32,462 bases of DNA from an uncultured Clostridia bacterium (GTDB lineage: Bacteria > Bacillota > Clostridia > Christensenellales > UBA1242). The translations under genes and the position numbers were made by a program. Below the pieces are notes generated by a model. It worked only from the letters and a program-made list of their open reading frames with translations, had not been told where the DNA came from and did no database searches. Positions 1 to 8,944 of the stretch are shown piece after piece (position 1 is the stretch's first letter; each line of letters begins with the position of its first letter). The stretch lies in assembly GCA_934746185.1 (NCBI GenBank), contig CAKVEY010000002.1, positions 1-32,462 on the forward strand, in the 5' to 3' direction.

Positions 1-878
1 GGTTTAGTTATATAAGGGTTAAGTCCAAAACTAAATTCGCCAACATATCTTGCCCCTTCATCAATATTAAAAATTTCTTCTAATTCTTTTTGATGATTTT
101 CGCAAGAACATTTAATAATTTTTCCATTTTCAAAATAAAGTTTAACATCATTAAATCTTACGCCATTATACATACTAGGAGTATTATAATGAATGTAGCC
201 GTTTACGCTATTTTTGACTGGTGCAGTATATACTTCACCATCTGGAATATTCATTTCGCCAGCACATTTGATTGCAGGAATATTTTTAATAGAAAAACTT
301 ATGTCTGTATCTTTTGCAATAATTCTTACTTTATCCGTTTTTTCCATTAAATTTTTTAAGTTATCCATTGCTTTATTCATTTTAGAATAATCTAAATTGC
401 AAACTTTAAAGTAAAACTCAGTAAATTCTTCTAAACTCATATTTGCTTCTTGCGAATAACCACTTGTTGGATAATTTAATATACACCATTTTGTAGATTT
501 TACTCTACAATCGCTATGCACAGGTTTTGAATAATATTTAGAATATAAATTTTTATTTTCAATTTTAATGTCATTTAATTCATATTTATTATTCCCTGCA
601 CTAATCCCAATATATGCGTCCATATCTTCCATAACTGGTAGCATATATTTTGTCATTAACTCTATGTGCTCTTTGCTTGTGTTTCTTAATAACTCTTTTT
701 TAACTAAAATATCACTAAAATTAACAAAAGGATAACCACCAACTTTATAAGCTTCTTTAATTAATTCTAACACTAAATCTAAACAATGCTCGTTGCCTTC
801 AATTAATAACTTTTCCCCTTTTTGTAATCTTACTGAATAGTTGATTAAATTTTTTGCTAGTATTTTAACTTCTTCCAC
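1..878 (-). CDS. pepS: Aminopeptidase, M29 (AmpS/PepS) family; the C-terminal end runs off the window
   Basis: The minus-strand frame is open from GTG at 878 to the window edge. An AAAGGGGGA Shine-Dalgarno (SD) sits upstream of the GTG. The translation (VEEVKILAKNLINYSVRLQKGEKLLIEGNEHC...EGARYVGEFSFGLNPYITKP) resembles thermophilic-metalloprotease M29 aminopeptidases. It is absent from the ORF track because no stop lies in the window. Confidence 0.75.
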   Translation of the reverse strand, partial: MEEVKILAKNLINYSVRLQKGEKLLIEGNEHCLDLVLELIKEAYKVGGYPFVNFSDILVKKELLRNTSKEHIELMTKYMLPVMEDMDAYIGISAGNNKYELNDIKIENKNLYSKYYSKPVHSDCRVKSTKWCILNYPTSGYSQEANMSLEEFTEFYFKVCNLDYSKMNKAMDNLKNLMEKTDKVRIIAKDTDISFSIKNIPAIKCAGEMNIPDGEVYTAPVKNSVNGYIHYNTPSMYNGVRFNDVKLYFENGKIIKCSCENHQKELEEIFNIDEGARYVGEFSFGLNPYITK

Positions 879-1012
879 ATTTCCCCCTTTTAACTAATTT
901 ATTAAATTATAAACTAATTAACAAAATTTTCCAAATACTTAAAATATTATTTCAAAAAATTTAATTTGTAAACTAAAATTGATTTTATTTTTTAAAATTA
1001 GATAAAATAATT

Positions 1013-1039
1013 TTGAATTAATTTCACTTATGCTATAAT
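1013..1039 (+). promoter_or_regulatory. Candidate sigma-A promoter for fba: TTGAAT, 15-nt spacer, TGcTATAAT (extended -10)
   Basis: TTGAAT lies at 1013-1018 and TGc+TATAAT at 1031-1039, 24 nt upstream of the fba ATG. AAGGAG SD is at 1051-1056. Confidence 0.5.
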
Positions 1040-1062
1040 AAACATATATTAAGGAGATTCAA

Positions 1063-1980
1063 ATGAGTTTAGTTACAACCAAAAAATTATTGTTAAAAGC
1101 AAAAGAAAATCATTACGCTGTTGGTGCATTTAATTTCACAACGCTAGAACAATTAAAAGCAATAGTTCGTGCTTGCGAAAACTTAAAAACAGGTTGTATT
1201 TTAGCAACTAGCGAAACTGCAATAAAGTTTATGGGAATTAAAAACATTGTAGATTTTGTTAAAAACGAAATAGAAAACTCTTTTATAGAATATAGTTTAC
1301 ATTTAGACCACGGAAAAAGTTTTGATATTTGCTCTACTTGTATTAACGCAGGCTACACTTCGGTTATGATAGACGCATCTAGTTTAAGTTTTGAAGATAA
1401 CATAAACTTAACTAAAAAAGTGGTTGATTACGCTAAAAAATTTAATGTAAGCGTTGAAGGCGAACTTGGGAAAATTCAAGGCGTAGAAGATTGTATTTCT
1501 TCAGCTGAAAGCATATTTACAAGCCCAAAAGAAGCCTTGGAATTTATAAAACGAACAGGTGTTGATAGTTTAGCAATATCTATAGGAACAAGCCACGGAG
1601 CATATAAATTTAAAGGTGAAAGCAAACTAGATATTGAAAGATTAAAACAAATAGACTTACAAACAAATCACTTCCCTTTGGTTCTTCACGGTGCAAGTTC
1701 TGTAAGCGAAAAGTTAAAAGAAGATTTTTGTAGTGTTGGTGGAGAATTAGGGACTGCAAAAGGTGTTGACGATAAAAGCATAATTGATGCCATAAATGGT
1801 GGAATATGCAAGATTAATGTTGACACAGATTTAAGAATTGCCTTTACTACTGGGGTTAGAAAATGCCTACTTGACGAAAAGATTTTTGGACTTAGAGAAT
1901 ACTTAAATTTAGGAATAGATTATATGCAAAAAGAAGTTGAAAATCGAATAAGATTATTTAATAATAATGTAAACAACTAG
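1063..1980 (+). CDS. fba: Fructose-bisphosphate aldolase, class II (long class IIB, Giardia/Thermus-like type)
   Basis: 305-aa ORF with a strong SD. It carries the HLDHG, SIGTSHGAYKF and LVLHGASSV motifs plus the KINVDTDLR segment typical of class II FBA. Confidence 0.92.
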   Translation: MSLVTTKKLLLKAKENHYAVGAFNFTTLEQLKAIVRACENLKTGCILATSETAIKFMGIKNIVDFVKNEIENSFIEYSLHLDHGKSFDICSTCINAGYTSVMIDASSLSFEDNINLTKKVVDYAKKFNVSVEGELGKIQGVEDCISSAESIFTSPKEALEFIKRTGVDSLAISIGTSHGAYKFKGESKLDIERLKQIDLQTNHFPLVLHGASSVSEKLKEDFCSVGGELGTAKGVDDKSIIDAINGGICKINVDTDLRIAFTTGVRKCLLDEKIFGLREYLNLGIDYMQKEVENRIRLFNNNVNN

Positions 1981-2114
1981 TTTATAGTTTTTAAATAAAA
2001 AAGTTATTAGATTTTTATAAAAAATTTGTAATTAATGTATGCTTAAATTTATATATGTTTAAACGTATTATTTATAAGTTAATTTTTAAAACAAAAAATC
2101 AATGATTTTAATTA

Positions 2115-2146
2115 AAAAAGAGAGTTTAAAAACTCTCTTTTGTTTT
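2115..2146. terminator. Bidirectional rho-independent terminator shared by the convergent fba and pfkA
   Basis: Hairpin AAAGAGAGT/ACTCTCTTT is flanked by an A-run on the left and a T-run on the right. It abuts the pfkA stop codon. Confidence 0.7.
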
Positions 2147-3101
2147 ATAAGTTGCTTAAATATAATTCATATAAATTTTTGTTAAAATTACTTTTTGCGT
2201 TTAAAACTTTATTTAAGGTTATCATATAAATATTTTCTTTTTCCATTCCTATTGCTAAATTAAATTTATTTTCTTTAATAGCATTAAAAGTTTGAATTGC
2301 AAGTAAATTTGCAAAAATTTTATCTTTAACTGTTGGACTTCCACCACGCTGAACATAACCTATTTTTTCAAACTTAAATTGTTTATTAAATGTCTTTTCA
2401 AAATCTTTTCTTAAAATTTCGCCATCTAAAATATTTTCTTGCAATACAATAACAGGACTTTCTACTCCGTTTTTAATAGCCATTTTTACATAATTTTTGC
2501 AATTATCAACGCTATGTTTGTCTTCATCTATAATTAAAGCGTTTGCGTTTACACTAATTGCCGTAGATAAAGCAATGTTGCCACAATTACGCCCCATAAC
2601 TTCAACGATTAATCCACGATTGTTAGATTGCATTGTTTGTTTAATTTTTTCAATAGTTTCAACTGCATTATTAACGCAAGTATCAAATCCTAAACTAATA
2701 TTTGAATAGAATAAGTCGTTATCAATAGTCCCTGGAATACAAATTACATTCATTCCTTTTTTTGATAAATTAATAGCACCTTTATAACTTCCGTTACCAC
2801 CTAAAACAACTAAACACTCAATTTTATGCTTTTTTAAAATTTTGTAGCCTTTTTCTACGCCACTATCTTCATAAAATTCTTTGCATCTACTCGTTTTTAA
2901 AACACTTCCACCTAAAAAGGCAATATTCTCTACATATTCATTATCTAGTTCAACAAAGTCATCATCTAATAATCCCTGAAATCCCCTTTTAATTCCAAAA
3001 ACTTTATACTTGTTTTTTAATAGTAAAGTTGTCAACTTATAAATATAAGCGTTCATTCCTTGACTATCTCCACCACTTGTTAAAATTGCTACTTTTTTCA
3101 T
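2145..3101 (-). CDS. pfkA: ATP-dependent 6-phosphofructokinase (divergent at some canonical residues)
   Basis: 318 aa with MKKVAILTSGGDSQGMNA, PGTIDND, VMGRNCG and QRGGSP motifs. AGGAG SD is present. It lies 9 nt downstream of dnaE, as in many Bacillota. Confidence 0.9.
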   Translation of the reverse strand: MKKVAILTSGGDSQGMNAYIYKLTTLLLKNKYKVFGIKRGFQGLLDDDFVELDNEYVENIAFLGGSVLKTSRCKEFYEDSGVEKGYKILKKHKIECLVVLGGNGSYKGAINLSKKGMNVICIPGTIDNDLFYSNISLGFDTCVNNAVETIEKIKQTMQSNNRGLIVEVMGRNCGNIALSTAISVNANALIIDEDKHSVDNCKNYVKMAIKNGVESPVIVLQENILDGEILRKDFEKTFNKQFKFEKIGYVQRGGSPTVKDKIFANLLAIQTFNAIKENKFNLAIGMEKENIYMITLNKVLNAKSNFNKNLYELYLSNL

Positions 3102-3110
3102 ATTATTCTC

Positions 3111-6100
3111 CTATTTAAAAACTGTATTATTTTCGCCAATAGAATTGTATAATTCATACAATAAGGCTTTTGATACATTTACAGTTTTTGGCAGTTGATA
3201 TAAATTATTTGTTTTACTACATCTTACCAAAATTTTTGTTGCACCAATGTAGTTTTCTAAAATATTATAAACTTCATTTCGTAAATTTTCATTAGTAACA
3301 TCAAAACGAAGATATAATTTTGGTTCAACTTTTGGTTTTTCTTCTTGTTTTTGAATATTGTTTTTTTGTTTAAAACTATCAAAATCATCAAGTTTTTCTA
3401 GTATTATAACAGGATTTTCTCCTGAACGAACGTTTACTTTACCAATTATTTTGCAAATTCTATCAACTTCAATTTCGTCTTTAAGTTTTGCATATATTTT
3501 AGGAAAAGCCATAACATCAATAGTTCCATACAAATCTTCTACAGTTATTATTGCCATTTCTTTATTATCTTTACGAGTATAAGTTTTTTTAATGGCACTT
3601 ATAATTCCACCGAATACAACTGTTTGACCATCTTCAATAACAGTGTCAACAGGTCTATTTATTTCGGCATCGGTAGATTCTTGTTCTAATGGTTCAAAGT
3701 CTACATTATCATCAAAGTTTTCGTCGCCTTCATCTTTTGAAAGCATAGATGTGTTAAATGTAAAACCAACCATTTCTTTTACATATTTATCTAATGGGTG
3801 TCCTGAAATATAAACACCTGTAACTTCTTTTTCGTATTTAAGTTTTAAAGAATTGTCAAATTCTTCAATATTTGGATATTTTACCATATTTAAAGTTTCT
3901 TCATTTTTAAGTAAAGTATCAAACATACTTAGTTGACCAGTTGCTTCTTTTTTTGTATCGGTTGACACTCTATCCAAAATCATAGGATAAACCTGCATCA
4001 TTTGACTACGCTTAACATTAAAGCAATCGAACGCACCACTTAAAATTAAACTTTCTACTGCCCTTTTGTTTAATCCAAAAGCATAGCAACGCTTAATAAA
4101 ATCTTGAATATCTTTAAATTCACCATTCGTTTTTCTTTCATTAATAATGTTATCTATAATTGTAAAGCCAACATTTTTTAACGCACTTAGTCCATAACGA
4201 ATTTTTCCATTTTTAACATTAAATAAACTTTCACTTTGGTTAATATTTGGTTGTAAAACTTCAATACCTTCACTTTTTGCATAAGCAGCATATTTTTTTA
4301 AGTCGTCAGTTTTTGTTAATCTGTTATTTAAAACAGCAGTTAAAAACTCTGGTTCATAATAACATTTTAAATATGCAGTTTGATAAGTTACATAACTATA
4401 TGCAGCAGCGTGAGATTTGTTGAACGCGTAAGAACCGAACTTCTCCATTTTATCCCATAAGTTATTAGCAACATCTTCTGGCACGCCCATTTTAATTGCA
4501 CCTAAACAACCTGATTGTTTTTCGGTTGCTTCAATTCCGTTTAAAAAAACTTTACGCTCTTGTTGAATATCTTTAACTTTTTTCTTACCCATCATTTTAC
4601 GAACGGAGTCTGCACGAGATAGTGTGTAACCAGCAAGCACTTGAACAATTTTCATAACTTGCTCTTGATAAACAATACAACCATAAGTATAGTTTAAAAC
4701 AGGTTCTAGTCTTGGGTCAACATAAGTTATATCTTCTGGGTGAAATTTGTTATGCACAAATTGTGGAATATCGTCCATAGGACCTGGACGGTATAAAGAC
4801 ACTGCCGCAATAATATCTTCTATGCAGTTTGGTTTTAAATCTTTTAAGAACTTTTGAAAACCACCACTTTCTATTTGGAATATTGCCGTAGTATTTCCAG
4901 TAGAAATTAAATCAAAAACTTTTGGGTCATCATAAGTACATTTACTAAAATCAATATCAACGCCGTGATTTTCTTTAATATAGTTTATAGCAAGTTTTAT
5001 ATCTGTTAGGTTAGAAAGTCCTAAAAAGTCCATTTTAAGTAGCCCTAAATGCTCTAACTCACCACCTACATATTGCGAAACTAATTCACCTTCACTAAAA
5101 GATAATGGAACAACCGTATCTAAAACAACTCCACCGATAATAACACCACAAGCGTGAGTACCTGTTTGTCGTGGCATATCTTCTAGTTTTATTGCAAGGT
5201 CTATAACTTTTCTTAATTTTTCATTCGTGTTATAAATTTCAATTAACTCTGGAATACCATATTCAACACCATAGTCTTTATCGCCTTCTTTTGCTTTATA
5301 AAAACCAAAACACTTTTGCAAAATGTTAGGTCGTTTAATTGAATTTGGAATTGCTTTTGTAATTTTATCAGTTTCGCTATATGGAACTTGAAGCACTCTA
5401 CCAACATCTTTAATAGCGTTTTTTGCTGCCATTGTTCCAAAAGTTATAATTCTACAAATATGGTCTAAACCGTATCTCGCTTTAACGTAATCAACAACTT
5501 CTTCACGCCTACTATCTTCAAAGTCTATATCAAAATCGGGAGCAGAAACACGCTCAGGATTTAAAAAACGCTCAAAGAATAAGCCATACTTTAAAGGGTC
5601 AACCTTTGTTATACCAATTAAATACGCAACAATACTACCAACACCACTTCCACGACCTGGACCTACCGAAATTCCTAAATTTTCGGCAGCGTGAATATAA
5701 TCCCACACAATTAAGTAATATTCAATGTAACCTAATTTACTAATAACACCTAATTCATAGTCTATTCTATCCAAAACTTCTTTTGTAGGATTTGGATATT
5801 TTTCTTTTAGCCCTTTTTGAATTAAATAATTCATAAATTCCATAGGTTGCATACCATTATCTGGTATATATTTTGGAAACATATAGTGTCCAAACTCAAA
5901 CTCGTAATTACATTTATCAGCAATTTCTAATGTTGTTAATAAACATTCTTCGTCAAAAAGTTCTCGCATTTCATCATAAGTTTTAAAATAAAACTCGTGT
6001 GTATCAAACTTTAATCTATTTGGGTCGTCAACAAGTTTTTTCATTTGTACACACATTAAAACATCTTGCGCTTCCCAATCTTCTTTTTCAATATAGTGAG

Positions 6101-6710
6101 CATCGTTTGTAGCAACAGTTTTAACTCCTATATCTTTTGCTAACTTCATCAGTTTTGGAAGAACAACAATTTCATCTTTTAAAAAGTGATTTTGAAGTTC
6201 AATATAAAAGTCACCATCACTAAACATATCTTTTAATCTGTTTGCAAGCAAATATGCGTCTTCATTAAAGCCGTTTAATAAACTTTGTGGAATATCACCA
6301 GCAATACAAGCCGACAAGCAAATTAGCCCTTCGGCATATTTTTCTAGTGTATTATAATCTATTCTTGGTTTATAATAAAAACCCTCTGTAAAAGCAATCG
6401 TGTTCAATTTAGAAAGATTTTTATAGCCTATTTCGTTTTTAGCAATTAAAATTAAGTGTGCATATTTTCTATCACTTTTATTATGTAAGTCATCACAAAC
6501 ATAAAATTCGCAACCGATTATTGCCTTAATGCCTTGCTTTTTACATTCTTCAAAAAAGGCAACTGCACCAAACATATTTCCGTGGTCTGTCATTGCAATA
6601 GCAGGCATATTTAATTCTTTTGCTTTTTTAACAACATTTTTTATTCTGCAAGCACCATCAAGCAAACTAAACTCTGTATGTAAATGTAAGTGAACGAAAT
6701 TTTTATCCAT
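3111..6710 (-). CDS. dnaE: DNA polymerase III alpha subunit, DnaE type
   Basis: 1199 aa with an N-terminal PHP domain (HLHLHTEFSLLDGA), polymerase core motifs (FDIDF, GLLKMDFLGL) and a C-terminal OB region. Confidence 0.95.
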   Translation of the reverse strand: MDKNFVHLHLHTEFSLLDGACRIKNVVKKAKELNMPAIAMTDHGNMFGAVAFFEECKKQGIKAIIGCEFYVCDDLHNKSDRKYAHLILIAKNEIGYKNLSKLNTIAFTEGFYYKPRIDYNTLEKYAEGLICLSACIAGDIPQSLLNGFNEDAYLLANRLKDMFSDGDFYIELQNHFLKDEIVVLPKLMKLAKDIGVKTVATNDAHYIEKEDWEAQDVLMCVQMKKLVDDPNRLKFDTHEFYFKTYDEMRELFDEECLLTTLEIADKCNYEFEFGHYMFPKYIPDNGMQPMEFMNYLIQKGLKEKYPNPTKEVLDRIDYELGVISKLGYIEYYLIVWDYIHAAENLGISVGPGRGSGVGSIVAYLIGITKVDPLKYGLFFERFLNPERVSAPDFDIDFEDSRREEVVDYVKARYGLDHICRIITFGTMAAKNAIKDVGRVLQVPYSETDKITKAIPNSIKRPNILQKCFGFYKAKEGDKDYGVEYGIPELIEIYNTNEKLRKVIDLAIKLEDMPRQTGTHACGVIIGGVVLDTVVPLSFSEGELVSQYVGGELEHLGLLKMDFLGLSNLTDIKLAINYIKENHGVDIDFSKCTYDDPKVFDLISTGNTTAIFQIESGGFQKFLKDLKPNCIEDIIAAVSLYRPGPMDDIPQFVHNKFHPEDITYVDPRLEPVLNYTYGCIVYQEQVMKIVQVLAGYTLSRADSVRKMMGKKKVKDIQQERKVFLNGIEATEKQSGCLGAIKMGVPEDVANNLWDKMEKFGSYAFNKSHAAAYSYVTYQTAYLKCYYEPEFLTAVLNNRLTKTDDLKKYAAYAKSEGIEVLQPNINQSESLFNVKNGKIRYGLSALKNVGFTIIDNIINERKTNGEFKDIQDFIKRCYAFGLNKRAVESLILSGAFDCFNVKRSQMMQVYPMILDRVSTDTKKEATGQLSMFDTLLKNEETLNMVKYPNIEEFDNSLKLKYEKEVTGVYISGHPLDKYVKEMVGFTFNTSMLSKDEGDENFDDNVDFEPLEQESTDAEINRPVDTVIEDGQTVVFGGIISAIKKTYTRKDNKEMAIITVEDLYGTIDVMAFPKIYAKLKDEIEVDRICKIIGKVNVRSGENPVIILEKLDDFDSFKQKNNIQKQEEKPKVEPKLYLRFDVTNENLRNEVYNILENYIGATKILVRCSKTNNLYQLPKTVNVSKALLYELYNSIGENNTVFK

Positions 6711-6728
6711 ATTTTGATTATATCACAA
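6711..6728 (-). promoter_or_regulatory. Extended -10 promoter placed 6 nt from the dnaE ATG (candidate leaderless start)
   Basis: The minus strand reads TTGTGATATAAT-caaaat-ATG. No SD-like purine tract lies between the promoter and the start codon. Confidence 0.5.
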
Positions 6729-6825
6729 GTTTAAAAATTTTTAAATAAAAAAAAGATAAATTTTAAATTTCTAAAATTTACCTTTTAATTGTTAATATTG
6801 TATATTTGTTTAATTGTTTTTTAAA

Positions 6826-7041
6826 CTATTTATTTTCATCTTCTATTATTAATTTTTCTGTTAAAAATATATCAACTTTTAAATCTTCACAAATACTACA
6901 TAGTGCATCATACTTTCCAAAAGCAATATTATATTCGGGTTTACCTTTTAATTCTAGTAAATTTTTATGCGCTTGCTCTTTTTGCTCTTCCCTATTTGTT
7001 AACTCACTTTTTAATTCTTTTAAATGTTTTTCTAGTTCCAT
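6826..7041 (-). CDS. Small predicted coiled-coil protein, function unknown (paralog of 7063..7287)
   Basis: 71 aa with AAGGAG about 10 nt upstream. The sequence is charged and heptad-like. It shares an ELK..(K/E)LKxxxEYxxAF core with its neighbour. Confidence 0.6.
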   Translation of the reverse strand: MELEKHLKELKSELTNREEQKEQAHKNLLELKGKPEYNIAFGKYDALCSICEDLKVDIFLTEKLIIEDENK

Positions 7042-7062
7042 AGTATCTTTTCTCCTTTTCGT

Positions 7063-7287
7063 TTAATTTTGTTTTTCCATTTCGGTTTCTACCATTTTTA
7101 TATCATCTTCTAATCTTTGTTTATCTTTATAGTAATCATCTAAAAATTCTAAAAAGCCCATAAACGCCTTATCATAATATTCAGTGTTTTTTAGCTTATT
7201 AACTACTCTAAATTTTTCTTCTTTTTCATCTTCTAAGGCGTGTAATTTAGTTTTTAAAATTCTTAACTTTAATTCTAAATCACTCAT
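7063..7287 (-). CDS. Small predicted coiled-coil protein, function unknown (paralog of 6826..7041)
   Basis: 74 aa with a GGAG SD 5 nt upstream. It lies 14 nt downstream of the whiA stop. Confidence 0.65.
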   Translation of the reverse strand: MSDLELKLRILKTKLHALEDEKEEKFRVVNKLKNTEYYDKAFMGFLEFLDDYYKDKQRLEDDIKMVETEMEKQN

Positions 7288-7301
7288 AAAATCTCCTTTA
7301 C

Positions 7302-8234
7302 TTAAAATTTACCTTTAAGTTCATCACTTAATTTAATTATTTTATTAAATCTATGATTTAGACCACTTTTAGTTATTTTATTATTTAAAAGTTTAACTAA
7401 ATTATCTAAACTTTCTTCCTTATTTGCTAATCTACATAAACAAACTTCTTGAAGTTCTACTGGCAAACTATTAATGCCTATTGTAGAGTCTATAAAGTTT
7501 ATTGCATCTAATTGCTTCATACTAGCCGAAATAGTTTTATTCATATTCGATTCAAAACAATTATTTTGTCTATTTATATTGTTTCTAACATTTCTTAAAA
7601 CATTTTCGTTATTAAGTTCTAAAACGCTATTTGATAAACCAAACAAAGCAAGTAAATCGCTTATTGTATCAAATTTATTAATATAAACTACAAATTGTCC
7701 CCGTCTTTCAACCTTTTTTGCAAATATTTCGTAATTAGATAACAATTCTAAAACAAACAAACTAAAATCATTATCATTAAAAACAAATTCAATTAAATAT
7801 CCACTATTTTCACTATTTAATGATAAGTTCCCTGTGCCAGAAATTAAAAACAAACCTTTTAAAAAAGTGATTTTTTGCTCATCAGTTTTAAGCAAATTTT
7901 CATTTAAGTTTAAATCGGTTTTATAAATAAATTCATTTAACAAAAATTGACTAGTTTTTTTATTTAAAAATATTTTATATTTTGTGTTGTTTTTAATGGT
8001 TAGTTCATCATCAATTTCAAATTCTGCTAAATCTAAATTTAATTTTTCTAAACAAATATTAACTAATAAATAAACATCTTCATTATTAGTTATAAAATTT
8101 AAACTATTTGTATTTAAGTTTATTTCACCACAAGTTTTAAATAAAGCATACAAAAAACTTAAACTATTATTATAATTTAATGCTTTTTTTTCTCTAATTA
8201 TCAATTCTTCTTTTATCGTAGAAATAAAACTCAT
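7302..8234 (-). CDS. whiA: DNA-binding protein WhiA (cell-division/sporulation regulator family)
   Basis: 310 aa with a typical MSFxxxxKEEL N-terminus, a degenerate LAGLIDADG-like middle region and a C-terminal HTH (ITKSGLNHRFNKI). Confidence 0.88.
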   Translation of the reverse strand: MSFISTIKEELIIREKKALNYNNSLSFLYALFKTCGEINLNTNSLNFITNNEDVYLLVNICLEKLNLDLAEFEIDDELTIKNNTKYKIFLNKKTSQFLLNEFIYKTDLNLNENLLKTDEQKITFLKGLFLISGTGNLSLNSENSGYLIEFVFNDNDFSLFVLELLSNYEIFAKKVERRGQFVVYINKFDTISDLLALFGLSNSVLELNNENVLRNVRNNINRQNNCFESNMNKTISASMKQLDAINFIDSTIGINSLPVELQEVCLCRLANKEESLDNLVKLLNNKITKSGLNHRFNKIIKLSDELKGKF

Positions 8235-8235
8235 A

Positions 8236-8940
8236 TTACCCCAAGTTTACAACACTATTAAAATCTATATTGTGTTTAATAATGTAATTTAATCCTAAAT
8301 TTGTTTCACCAACATTGCTGGGTTTATGAGCGTCCGAACTTAAAATAAACTTTGTGCCATTTTGTTTCATATATTCTATTTCGCTATCGTCAAAACAAAT
8401 TCTTTTTCCGTTTAATTCAATCAAAACGCCCTTTTTAGCGCACTCATCACTAAGTTTTTGAACATCAACTTTAACCCCATAATTTAAGTGAGTTAAAATT
8501 TTAATATCATATTTATTTATTGCTTTTATATAAGCATTCGTTACTTTTTCTTTTTGTTTTTTTGTTTTAAAAATTTTAGTTAAAACTGAAAACCAAAACG
8601 TTTTCCATTTAGGTTTTAGCATTTTATGATAGCCCATAATAATTATATCTAAATATTTTTTATCTTCTTCTAAAACGTCAATATCGCCGTCATAATTTAA
8701 TAAATTTGCTTCAACGCCTAATAATACTTTTATATTATATTTTTTGCTTAATCTTTCACATTCACTTTTCATAAACGGAAGATTTTTTCGTTTAACAGCA
8801 TAACTAAAATGGTCAAAACCGTGGTCAGTAATAGCAACACAAGTTAATCCTTTTTCTTTTGCTACTTTTACATTATCTTCAATAGTTCCTGTTCCGTGGC
8901 TAAATATTGTATGTGTATGTAAATCATAAATAACTTTCAT
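8236..8940 (-). CDS. PHP-domain metal-dependent phosphoesterase (histidinol-phosphatase-like family)
   Basis: 234 aa with an N-terminal DLHTHTxFSHG motif, internal ITDHG and C-terminal SSDAH, all PHP-fold metal ligands. Confidence 0.82.
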   Translation of the reverse strand: MKVIYDLHTHTIFSHGTGTIEDNVKVAKEKGLTCVAITDHGFDHFSYAVKRKNLPFMKSECERLSKKYNIKVLLGVEANLLNYDGDIDVLEEDKKYLDIIIMGYHKMLKPKWKTFWFSVLTKIFKTKKQKEKVTNAYIKAINKYDIKILTHLNYGVKVDVQKLSDECAKKGVLIELNGKRICFDDSEIEYMKQNGTKFILSSDAHKPSNVGETNLGLNYIIKHNIDFNSVVNLG

Positions 8941-8944
8941 ATTA

